Below are positions 52,431-64,000 of a stretch of DNA of 64,000 bases, piece by piece. A program made the position numbers and the translations under genes. The DNA comes from Leucoraja ocellata (Eukaryota). The notes beneath the pieces were generated by a model. It was not told where the DNA came from. It saw only the letters and a list, made by a program, of their open reading frames with translations, and made no database searches. Each line of letters begins with the position of its first letter. Within the stretch, counting starts at the first letter, position 1. The stretch lies in NCBI GenBank assembly GCA_036785375.1, contig JAWMAR010000148.1, positions 4,278,001-4,342,000 on the forward strand, in the 5' to 3' direction.

Positions 52431-54840
52431 GGATCCTAACAACCTATTGGAAAGGAACAGAGGGGATGTGGGGGATGAGATGATGGGTTAAATGCAGTGA
52501 AAACTTGGACTATTAGCCAGGCAGCAATGATCAGAACATGTCACAACATTCAAGTCATGGAAAACATTATCATTAGTGGGATTATGTTTTATTTCAAGAC
52601 TTTGAAAGGCTTCAAGGATTTTAAAGTAATATTTATTGTAGCAGCCATCAGAAATAAAATATATTCTGCCACTAGGCAAGTCATGGATGATAAAACAATT
52701 GCAACCAGTTATGTTACATTGCTAGAAACCAGAAACTGCAGATGCTGGTTTACAAAAGAGGACACGGAGTGCTGGAGTAGCTCAACGAGTCAGTCAGCAT
52801 TTTTAGTCTTCTCTAGGTACACTGCTGTTCACAGTCATGTAAATATTGGGAAAGTTTTCATCCCTGCAATGCGTTCTTGATGAAGATGAAAGAGGAGGTT
52901 TGAAGAGGAAAAGGTTTGTGGAACTATCCTCCCACAAAATATTTGTGTTGCTCTCCTTTTTCAAAAGTGGTTCTTACCCAAATTTTAAATTTGCACAACT
53001 AATTAACTATTGGGCTCAACAACCATCTTTGCAGTATATTTTTTACTAATACAAAACCTTCAGATGTAAACCAATTATGTTTAGATTGTTTTTCTCCTTC
53101 TACAACATGCCACTTCTTTGATGAATCTACAAACGTGTTACATGTGTTAACCATGCAAATCTGTAACATACTAAAGCAAGACTTCAATGTGGCTGGCCCC
53201 AATTTCTTGAAGATGTGGCAAAATAAACTTTCAGATGCAGAGGAATTGATAATGTTTAGGATGCCACATGGTTATAGTTTGAGGGAGAAGAGTTAAAGGT
53301 GAAAATATTTAATAGGAATCTGAGGGGTCACTTTTTCCACACTAATGGTGGTGGGTATATGGAAGTTATGGAACAACCAGGTGCTTCGGCCCACAATGTC
53401 CGTGCTGAACATGTTGCCAAGTTAAACGCACCTCCTCTGCCTGCGTGCGATCCATATCCTCCATTTCCAGCATATCTATGTGCCTATCTAAAAGTCTCTT
53501 AAACGCCACTATAGTATCTGCTTTAATAGTTGGAAGGAATAATGCCAGTTAAAGAAAAGAGACTTGCTGAATGAATCTTGTGTAAATAATGCCAGGAGGT
53601 GCAGTAGTGCAGTGAACGAGTGGAAGAAGAGGTGGTAGTGATGGCTGCATCAGGAAAGCAGATGTCGAGAAGCAATTCCAATGAGGAAGGCTAGAAATGT
53701 GCCTGAGAAAACATGTTGCACATAAGGAAGCGAGTACATAAGATTGCAGACCAAATCAGGGAGCTACACCACTGTTTCAGTGAACTTGATACACTGTCAA
53801 CAACAGGGAACACACACACATAACTGACCTCACTATTGCTGCACCAAATGTCATACAATCACTTCTTCAACAGGAACAGTCAATCTAACCTTGCATGATT
53901 AACAAAGAGAACTGTACATCAGACTGGAATTTCCATAATTATTCTCTTGTGCCAGAAAGTCAAGCAGTAAGTTAATTGAAATTCAAAAATTCCTTAAACT
54001 TGACAACGTTTGTGGAGTTGAAGAACATCAGAAAAGAATTTGCAGCACGATATACTGGAAGGATTAATAAATTATTTAATAGTATGTAAATCATTAATTT
54101 TCTAGCTAAATGCTGAAATATAAAGGTACTGCAGTGTGTCTTTAGCCTTCACGTAGCTTTGTTTGAAGGACAAGATAGGTTGAGAATGCACTAAAGTCAC
54201 AACTTAGAACAGAAGGCGTGCATAAAGAGAAGCCTGGAAGGTGCCTTTGTATGTGTTTCACTCAGTTATTTGCATAGATTGTAAGCTATGTCCCACCTTG
54301 GGAAGACAAATACCTACAAAAGATTTGTTTCCGAGGTAATTTAAAGGTAAAATACTTCTGCAGCCAGAAACTAGAGAAAGCTGATCTACTAAATGCAAAT
54401 GAAGCATAATGAAACAATCTAAATGTTGCTATTCATTGGGTAACTGACGATAATGTGAACCGTAAGTAATAAATCTATTGAATCACACAAAAGAATAAAG
54501 TTAGGGAGGTCTCAACATTTCTGTGTACACTCTTGTGCTCCACCCCCTTAAACATGTTACATTGGGGGATAATGTAAGAGAAAGCAATGACAATATAACA
54601 CACAAAAGCACTCTCCACAGTACACACCTTTTCTATGCAGCCATAATTTTCCTTTTTGAACAAAGAATGTTTGACTTCTTGAGTAAAGGAAGTTGCCTCT
54701 GGCTAATGCTGGGCTGCACTGTCAGTATCTGAGTGCACCAGATGTCTGCAATGGTCAAAACAACATGTTCTGCTGTGGTGCATATTAGCTCCAGCCTATC
54801 ACTCTGCAATGCACTGCCTCTACAATGAGGCAGACTTAGA

Positions 54841-55030
54841 GCAGGCATAGCAACAGCCGTGCAACCCGATTGGCTGGCAGCAATGTGAAACCCACAGTGT
54901 CAAACTCTGCTATAGTTTCCTGTCCAGCAGCAGCAGCAGCAGCAGCGGCAGCGACATCTCTACTCACAGCTGCAATCAGACAAATTAAAGTTCAGAGTAC
55001 AACAGCAGCCTCTCGCACCGGCAACTGTAG
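54841..55030. promoter_or_regulatory. Candidate promoter or alternative first-exon region
   Basis: RFX-like CATAGCAAC, NF-Y box CGATTGGCT, local CpG enrichment and a minus-strand donor GTGAGTA at 54961-54967. Confidence 0.3.
54925..54951. repeat. (CAG)7 CGG CAG trinucleotide repeat
   Basis: Read directly. Confidence 0.95.
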
Positions 55031-55092
55031 AACCAAGTCAATATATATATATATATCTATATATATATGCCAAAGAAATTGTAAAATATACT

Positions 55093-55285
55093 ACTATGCA
55101 AAGCAAGCATGTCCACTGTCAGCTTAAATACAGCATTACTTCAGTAGGTTTAAAGAATTGTTACAAAACTTACAATGTTGACTTACAAAACTATGCAGAG
55201 CAGGCGTGTAAACTGTCAGTTTAAATAGTTTGCTACATCAGTATGGTTTATGAAGAATTGTTACAAAACTCCTACAATCATGAAC
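55093..55285. repeat. Diverged tandem duplication, period about 97 bp
   Basis: ACTATGCA.AGCA.GC.TGT..ACTGTCAG.TTAAATA...AAGAATTGTTACAAAACT occurs twice. Confidence 0.8.
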
Positions 55286-56379
55286 ATTAATATTTCCAAT
55301 ATAAAAGTAATCAACACATAAGTTTAATGGGTATGCCATGAAACCAAATAATGTTAAATATAATTTTAAATGAGGAAAAGCTTCCTTCAGCCACCTTCCA
55401 TGAACTGCAAATCAGCCATCTCCAAATGCCTAGTGGATGGTTCTTTAAACCAGTCACCAAAGCTAATCAATTATCAACTGGGTGGAGTGGCACAAGGCCC
55501 TCCTCAGAAGTAACTGATGATTCATTTTCTTTCTTGCACACATGCATAAACCTCTTTTAACATCAATTAAGACGCTTATGGCCATCAAAGAAGTAATCCA
55601 TCCTCCAATCTCAAGCAACAGGCTCAATGAAGGAAACTGATGAAGTTGACAAAACACCTTCAGAAATTTAAAAAAAAAGCCACAAACAAGACCTCAAAAT
55701 AATCCTACATGTTCACAAGAGGGAAAGAAAAAAGACACACAGAAATGATTAATGTTGTAATCTAATCATAGTGTATGTGATGAATGTAAACCAGTCAGTA
55801 GGAAGGATCGTAAATGGTTCTGAGTTTTACAAAACTGTTCTTTGAATCTGGAATTTCAGTTCAAAGCTACTGCACACCACTGGGATTTAATCTCCTGCAG
55901 CTTGTAGAGATCTTATCAAGAGCATACCTAGTTCTGAAAATTTATCGATATTACAGATGAACCATATAGGGAAAAAAAGGAGTTGAATCACAGGTCTGTC
56001 CAATTTAGTTGAAGACAAAAAAAAGTTTCCACGGTGGAACACAAAAAGAAATCTTTGATAACAAGCAAACACGAATGTCAGAATCAGCACTAGCTACAAA
56101 ATTCTACGCTATGAAATTCGGTATCAAGATTTATTTGAATTATGGTCATTTGGGGAATGTATCAAATGGTACTTGGTGCCCTTGGAATTACAATGAAGCC
56201 AATGGGTAGGGAGATTGATAGGGTGGGAAATCAATAAGCAAAATAAAAGCACAAAATGAGCCTGGATCCTTTTGAAAAAGGCCATAACATACATGCACCA
56301 GTAAATTGGCTTTAGACAGTATGACAAATGGAAAATTCAACTGGTCAGTAGAGTGTATAATGAAGGTAACCTAATTATA

Positions 56380-56790
56380 TTTACGGTTCATACACAAACC
56401 ACTATCAGTGTACTCTCCCAGGCCAACTCCATTGACTCTGCTGCACAGGCCATGGTATTTGCGCGTCCAACACCATCGCTCGAAACAGACGCTCTATTCT
56501 GAGCTCCATCTTGCAAAAAGATGAGCAGACGGAAGAAAAATGCAACACTCTCCCCAAATCTTAGGATTGCACTGCGAATGATCGTTCAAAGTGGAGAAGG
56601 AGCTTTCAGGGCGATGTTAGGAACCTTAAATTAATGCATCAGGAGCACAATGGCCCCCTCTGAAAACAACAGAACGAGAGCACCTCTTCAAACATTAATG
56701 TCAGGTATTCCTGGCCCATTTGGCAGGGAGTCTGCAGTTCCCTTGTTGGCCTCATCATAACCCACTGAATGGGTGGTGACCTCGGACTCC
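56380..56790 (+). mobile_element. Degraded RTE-like LINE fragment
   Basis: Remnants resembling SVLSQAN...AGH...KQTLYSEL...RSKWRR. Confidence 0.55.
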
Positions 56791-57877
56791 ATAGAAACAA
56801 AGCTTCCGAGGAAAATTGTTCAATTTTCCTACCTTCATCAATAATTATTTTAAGTAACCCACTTAACTGACTGACATAATTCAAACTCTGTAATTACTGC
56901 CATGATGATAACTTGCGTTGTTCAAAACTTTGGAATACATCGTGATGTATGTCACTGCAATATGACAAATAGGGACAAACATTTGAACTGAATATGATAG
57001 TTAATGCAAAAGAGGAAAACATCGAAATTACTAATAAATGAACGAGCAAAAATAAAAACACAAACTCGTTTCCAACTTTTGAAACTTCGTATTTAATGAA
57101 AAAAAGTAGGTGCCAGGTCACAACAATAATGATTAAATCAAAGGAATATAATAACAAATTTCCATTAGAATTTTCTGAAATCTTCAAACTCAACTAAACA
57201 ATCTTAAACCAAAATGTTTTTGTGGAACCAGTGTAATCATGTTAGTGACAGGCAAGTGGATGAATCTAGTTTAATGAGCTATTTAATTTTCAGATCTTGC
57301 AGCACCAATCTGACAAAGACATTAAAAGTTAATTTATCAGAAATACTATTCTGTTTTGCCGAAGGCCATAAAAATGAGATGTAGAAATTGCAAGTCATGT
57401 TGACTATCAAAGAAATAAAATCATTAAGGCTTCAGAATAAATATTTGCTTGATTTGGTTACATTACGAAGTTAAATATAAAATCCAAGTAATATTTGATC
57501 CTAGACTTTGAATGTACAACACCATACTAATTTGCATGTTACCCAAATTTTAACAGATAAAGTTAGGTTAATATTTTGTAAAGTTTCATTTGAATTGCCT
57601 TATTGCAGGTAAACTGTCATTTAATCCACATTTTAATGTAAAATATAGGTTGGTATACATGTAAATATGATCTTTAAAAATTAAGAATTTAGAAAAGGAC
57701 CAATGTTGGCCAAGTATTTTTCCTTGCAAGTTGCTATAGAAGCAAAAGACAACTCCCGCCCACTTCTCAGATTCTACCTTGAGCTCTTCATCAACTTTGT
57801 TGGAGTATGGCTACGTTTTATACACAAGCAAGATCCCACATTCAATGAGGACAGGATGAATGACCAGCTAATGGACC

Positions 57878-58192
57878 GCACTGTGGTGCAGCAAGTCCAG
57901 CTGCAGCCCAACAATATCTGAAACTTGGGTTCGATCCTAACCTTGGGTGCCGGCCGCAAGTGCTTGCATGTTCTCCCTGTGACCGCAGGGGTTACATCTG
58001 CGTGCTCTGCTTTCCTGCACATGCCAACAGTTAATTGGCATCTGTAAATTGGCTCTTCTGTGTTGGGAGTGGATGAGAAAGTAGGACAACAAGAATTAGT
58101 GTAAACAGGTGATAGATGGTTGGCATGGACTCGGTGGGCCAAAGCACAGTTTCCGTGCTCTGTTGCTAAACTGAACTAAATGAAATTAAACT
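57878..58192 (+). mobile_element. tRNA-derived V-SINE (HE1-like), diverged. Partial copies at about 28635-28722 (-) and 63680-64000 (-)
   Basis: GTGGTGCAGC...GGGTTCGATCC...GTTCTCCCTGTGACC, tail (CTAAA)n. Confidence 0.78.
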
Positions 58193-58864
58193 GATGGTTT
58201 AGGAACTAATAACTGCCAGGTACGAATAAAAATGTGTTATTCCCCCCAGCCATGTTGGGAAGGCAAAGTCATTCACACAACAAATATACGGCTCCCAAGA
58301 GAATCAAGCTGCGTTGGGACAAAGCGGACAGAGAAAAAGATTATAAAGATGTGTTCAAAGGAAAAATAAAACCACAAAAAAATGGTATCATCTCCCACTG
58401 ACTCCTGGTAGACACTGTCATGGGAGCACGCAAAGCAGAGAACATGGTATTGAGAACCAAAGCCTTGAATTATATGTATCAGGAAGCCCTGCCTAACTGG
58501 CGGAAGAAGTGTACTCCTTCACAGACTACTTGTCAGTCACCTCTTTCTGCAGAATATTCATCAATGCCCACATTGCCCTCATTAGCCATGCCATAACCTG
58601 CAAAACTGAAGTGAAGGAAGAATAGGAAAATACATTGAGAGAACTAGACGTGAGGAGAGGACAAAACAGAGTGAGGAGGGAAGTGGATAAACTGGGGCAG
58701 TTCGGAGAGGATAAATAGGCAGAGAGAGGATAAAGGTGGAGAATGGAGAGAAAATAGAGGGTGAAAATGGAAACAGATGAAAATGGAAAACTGGGGGTGG
58801 GGAGGAGGAGGAAGAGTGATGCACAGAGAGAGATTAGAGCGAGAGAGCAATTAGAGGGTATTTA

Positions 58865-59110
58865 CATAACTGTTCATGACCTCAGGCATCCTAGACCTTT
58901 TAAATCCGGTCATTGGTTTATTCCACAAAATTAGACTCATTGCGCTTTAACCAACATTATAGGATATTTTAACATAATTAATAATGCAAAGGATTGCCAG
59001 TTTAACACCTTGTCAAAGAAATATCTCTGACAATGCAGTGCTTTAGATCCCAATAAATATTAGCCCTGATTACATGCTCAACAGCTTTAATGGGGTTTGA
59101 ATCTACTGTG
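58865..59110 (-). mobile_element. Ancient Deu-domain-type SINE remnant. Similar remnants at about 36540-36680 and 45340-45530
   Basis: CTCTGACAATGCAGTGCT...AGCCCTGATTACATGCTCAA...TGGGGTTTGAA resembles SacSINE/AmnSINE-type consensus from memory. Confidence 0.45.
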
Positions 59111-60060
59111 TTTAATTGATTTAAGAAATTTTGGAAACAGTTCAATGATATTGAAAACTTTACATGTAACGGTTAAGGAGTGTCAGCACATTAGAATGTT
59201 TTCCCTGTCTTCAGTAATGCATTTTATCCAGTTTTAAAATACTACAGAGTTTACACAAATGTAACCTCAAGCCACACTATTCAAAACAACTTCAGAACTT
59301 AGTGATTAAAAATTGCATGTGCCTGTCTCTCTGACTGCAGTTTAACAAACTGTTAAATTCAAGCAGGAAACCCAACTTGCAACACAATACCGAAAATCCT
59401 GAATTATTCTACTGAATGATCACTTTTAACATTTGCTTATTATACAGGTTTAACGCTCCCATAAATACTGAAAGCAAATGAAGCATGAAATGTGGTTAAT
59501 ATTACGGAATTCAATTTATGTTAATTGGAACTAGTTTCTGGGAAAAGTCTATTTGCAAAGAATAATTGTTCTTGCACCTGTTGATTACTATGCTTAAAAC
59601 AATACTGGAGCTGGTGGAAGAAAAGCTATGGATTGTATTCTGCTGCAACTACTTATTTTGCATTCTAGACAAGACTTCGGAATCCCATTTGCAATCACAT
59701 GAGTGCATTGCTCTCATTCCTTTAACAAAACTACTATACTTGTAAACAAACCACCCAAATAGGAACATGCTGCTATCTTCATGACCTTCACAGCACAATA
59801 ATCTTCACAGCTGCCCAAACAGCAGGAAGTGACGTGATGATGACAGATACACAAAGTTGTTGCTAGGTGGTGAAAGCCATATCCTATTACATTGGGTTAA
59901 TGCAAGTCTGAAAGCAGCTAGAATGATTAATACCAAGTAGAGTACAAGCACCAGACACACCAATCAAAGTTAAATCCGCTCTTGCACCCTCCTTAAAAAA
60001 TACAAAATAACATTTTTAATCTGTTTTCAAATTCAACAAATTCTTGATAGTTCATCAATA

Positions 60061-61590
60061 CAGTGCATTCCGAAAGTATTCAGACCCCTTCAATTTTTTC
60101 ACATCGTTAGGTTACAGCCTTATTTTAAAATGGATTACATTCATTTTTTTTTATCAATCTACACACAATACCCCAGAATGAAGAAGCGAAAACAGGTGTT
60201 TAGATATTTTTGCAAAGTAATTGAAAAGAAATAACTGAAATATCACATTTACATAAGTATTCAGTCCCTTTCCTATGACACTCAAAATTGAGCTTAGGTT
60301 CATCCTGTTTCCATTGATTATCCTTGAGACGTTTCTACAACTTGATTGGAGTCCACCAGTGGTGAATTCAATTGTTTGGACATGATTTGGAAAGGCACAC
60401 ACCAGTCTATACCAGACTGAGGTCCCACAGTCGACAGTGCATGTCAGAGCAAAAAAAAAAAAGCCATGACGAAGGAATTATCCGTAGACCTCTGAGAGAG
60501 GATTGTGTCGAGACACAGATCTGTGGAAGGGTATAAAACAATTTCTGCACCATTGCAGGTCCCAAAGAGCACAGTGGCCTCCACCACTCTTTAATGGAAG
60601 AACTTTAGATCCACCAGGACTCTTCATAGAGCTGGCCGCCCGGCCAAACTGAGCATTCGGGGGAGAAGGGCCTTGGTCAGGGAGGCAACCAATGGTCACT
60701 CTGACAGAGTTCTAGAGTTCCTCTGTGGAGATGGGAGAACCTTCCAGAAGGGCAGCTATATCTGCAGCACTCCACCAATCAGGCCGTTATGGTAGAGTGG
60801 CCAGATAGAAGCCACTCCTGAGGATTGATCTCTTCGGCCTGAATGCCAAGCATCACGTCTGTAGGAAACCAAGCACCGCTCATCACCTGGCCAATACCAT
60901 ACCTGCGGTGATTCATGGTGGTGGCAGCATCATGCTGTGGGGATGTTTTTCAGTGGTAGGAACTGAGAGACAAGTCAGGATCGAGGGAAAGATAAACAAA
61001 GCAAAGTACAGAGAGATCCTTGATGGAAACCTGCTCCAGAGCATTCCTCAGACTGGGGCGGAGGTTCACCTTCCAACAGGACAATGACCCTAAGCACACA
61101 GCTAAGACAACACAGGAGTGGCTTTGTGACAGGTCTGTGAATGTCCTTTAGTTGCCCAACCAGAGCCCGGACTTGAACCCGATAGAACATCTCTGGAGGG
61201 ACCTGAAAATAGCTGTGCATCGATGCTCCCCATCCAACCCGACAGAGCTTGAGAGGATCTGCAGAGAAGAATGGGAGAAATTACCCAAATACAGGTGTGC
61301 CAAGCTTGTAGCATCATACCCAAGAAGACTTGAGGCTATAATCACTGCCAAAGGTGCATCAACAACGTACTGAGTAAAGGGTCCGAATACTTACGTAAAT
61401 GTGATATTTCAGTTATTTCTTTTCAATTACTTTGCAAAAATTTCTAAACACCTGTTTTCGCTTCTTCATTCTGTGGTATTGTGTGTAGATTGATGATAAA
61501 ACTAATGAATTTAATCCATTTTAGAAAAAGGCTGTAATGTAACAAAATGTGGAAAAAGTGAAGGTGTCTGAATACTTTCTGAATGCACTG
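60061..61590 (+). mobile_element. Tc1-family DNA transposon, full length but defective (IR/DR type, about 210-bp TIRs, TA target duplication)
   Basis: TA|CAGTGCATTCCGAAAGTATTCAGAC ... GTCTGAATACTTTCTGAATGCACTG|TA. Inner direct repeat AAGTATTCAG.CCCTT near 60256 is mirrored near 61377-61392. Transposase remnants include [22 protein letters not shown] and SPDLNPIEHLW with D34E spacing. Confidence 0.97.
60466..61373 (+). pseudogene. Tc1 transposase pseudogene (DD34E), with frameshifts, stops and internal deletions
   Basis: KELSVDL*ERIVSRHRS N-terminus. 34 codons between D of QQD and E of PIE, including an in-frame TAG. The first catalytic D region appears deleted near 60820. Confidence 0.92.
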
Positions 61591-64000
61591 TATATCAGGT
61601 ACGTTCGAACAATGGCATTACCATACTTCTCTTGGCCAGGTCAGTCTGTACAGTGCCCCAACTTTCAATTTTTTCCCCAAAACAAGTGCAGTCCTCCTAT
61701 AAAACTGCACTAAACTCCCTGCGAATGAATATAAGCCATAACTCTGTAGATTAAACATTAATGCAGGGTCATGTAAAATATTTTGATATATTTAAAAATA
61801 TATTTTAATATGGTTATATTCCATAAAGTAAAAATTACTAAAAGTACAGAATCAAAGGGTAGCACCTGAAAACCCACCATCTCAATCCGACACAGACTGG
61901 GATCTGCAGGAGTGAGGTTTCACATACTGTACATGTCTGAAAGTTATTTTTAAAAAAAGGTGCCTCTTTATTTAAAAAGTAAACATTAACGGTTGGTTGT
62001 TAACTGAGTTATGTAAAGGTACTCTACAAACCACAGACTCTTGAATGGAATCTTAGAAGCTCCTGCTCAAATTTCTAAAAATAAAACGAAGAAACTACAA
62101 ACATTTCTGTCTGCTGAAGTTCCCAACTCTGCTCCCCCTGCTTCGCCACCACCCTTCCTGTTTTTCTTTTTAAAAAAAATGAAAATGGTATCCATGCCTT
62201 TAGTTTCTCACTATGCTCTCAAATGTTCCCTTCCACCATCTTCTTAGCTGCTACAACTTTCTCCCCTTGACGATGTGAGGTGTTATCGGTATTGTTGTAC
62301 TTGGTACAGGTGGGACCAATACGCTGGTCTTCTGTGTTACAGTCATCCAAACCATCTTCGATTTCATCTGGAGATCTAAGATGGCCAATAGGTCACAACA
62401 CACAAGTCTGCAGATAATGAGAGGAAATGTGCCCACCATTGCCCTTGTCCCCTGATAGCCATCTTTGTGTGAGGTTGCATCAAGTTGTGCATAGTGTCAA
62501 ACAGGGCATCATTACATCCCCTGTGCTGCAACGGATGGGCCTAGCTTTGTCGCCGTGCAATGTTTCATTCAGTGGACCTTGCAACATTAGCTGGCTTTCA
62601 TGGCAAAGTTCTTTCAGGAAAACATATTTGACCACAACACTATTAGGCACAGTAGTCAGTGCAGAGGGTCCTGCAAGCTTTGAAGAAAGAAACAATAAAT
62701 TCTGTGTAGGGATTCCCAAGCAGATACCAAAATGCCTCATCACCAGTACAAGCACCTTGCTTGATTGACTGTGAGAAAGTCCTCACTGTCAGACCTTCCT
62801 GCATGGGTGGATTATCATTCCCAATGCCCTAGAGATGGTTGTGATGAGGATGAGATGTTTTCTCATTTCTTTATGGATTGTAGCTTTGCAAAGAATGGAC
62901 ACAAGCATCCTTGTCAAAGTTCATCCCAAGCAGCTGTGTAACAAAGGACTGAGCTCTGGGATGATCCCAGAGATTCACACCAAGACGAATGTCTAGTTCT
63001 GCTGCAAGATCATTAACTCACTGAAAAATGCACTCTGGTCTGTAAAAATTTAATTAAATTTGAATTATTATTGGTGAAAAATATGATTTTCTTTTCTATT
63101 CGCTTCTTTTTATCATTTTATTCTGTATCTGTTGATGATTTAGCATTGATATTGTAATTTATACTTCCTTGTTTAAAGAAGGCTCAATGATGATTCCGTA
63201 ACCAAATTGGTTGAAATAACAACTTTTGTGCAGTCACTGTCCCAGATCTCCTGCAGAGGGCGCAGTGTTGCCAGATAATTACTTATAGCCCATGAAAAGT
63301 CTGTGGGCAAGTTGCAAGCAGAATGTTTGTTCACCACAGACTCCAAAATCTTAGTTATAAATATTGTAGCATTGCAAACATTCAACACTTCCTAACCCAT
63401 TCACTTTTCCAACATATGCCTGCTAACACATCAAATCCTGGACCCTTACTCAAACAACTGACGTTGTCTCTATAAATACAAATAGTCAGGCCTAAAGTCA
63501 GCTGTTCATGCTTTCAAATATATGGGAAGCAGTCACAGGTGGTGGAAACTATAGTAAGAACGACTGTTAAAGGGCAAGAAATGCATGTGTTTCGGGGGGG
63601 GGGGGGGGACAGCCTTGGGGAGCAAGGTTCCTGTCCATCTTTTTTAAATAGAATCACATAACTTTTTTTAAATATAAAGACACAGCATGGAAACAGGTGC
63701 TTCAGCCCATCAAGTCCACGCCAACCATTGATCACCCGTTCGTACTAGTTCTATGTTATCCTACTTTCTCATCTGCTGTGTACATGCTAGAAAGCAATTT
63801 AGTCTGAAGGGTCTCCACCCAAAAGGTCACCCATCCCTTCTCTCCAGAGATGCTGTCTGTCCTGCTGAGTTAATCCAGCTTTGTGTCAAAGCAATTTACA
63901 GAGGCCAATTAACCTACAAACCCACATGCCTTTGGGATGTAGGAGGAAACTGGAGCACCCAGAAAAAAGCCTCATGGTCACTGGGAGAATGTGCAAATTC

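Noticed and set aside
54870-55127. Poly-Ala ORF over the CAG repeat
   Set aside because: Non-ATG start, runs through a TA microsatellite, and has no recognisable homology.
302-63735. The remaining 60-127 aa ORFs in the track
   Set aside because: Most have non-ATG starts, overlap repeats or lie antisense to ATOSA exons, and have no recognisable domains. They are consistent with chance ORFs.

Overview
AT-rich vertebrate genomic DNA. The repeat families (HE1-type V-SINEs, HER1/CR1 LINE tails, Penelope-derived repeats) point to a cartilaginous fish, probably a skate or ray (inference). The only host gene is ATOSA (FAM214A) on the minus strand. I traced 11 coding exons by hand (33936 down to the stop at 4096). 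All have GT-AG borders and consistent phases and total 3008 nt. A candidate first coding exon lies at 43595-43628 and the 3' UTR runs to about 3430. The rest is intron or flank filled with transposable elements: a full-length defective Tc1 element (60061-61590), an unclassified 929-bp TIR element (11035-11963), RTE, Rex/Babar and CR1 fragments, and SINEs. The most striking signal is a family of about 25 short Penelope-derived insertions. They carry a minimal hammerhead-ribozyme-like core (CTGAAGA-stem-GAAACGTH), are often folded back into palindromes, and several are flanked by 13-16 bp direct repeats. Shared sequence links them to an open GIY-YIG endonuclease fragment at 47878-48174 that the ORF track missed. 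No prokaryotic-type system (CRISPR, operon) is present. Repeat boundaries are approximate unless a TSD or TIR is given.
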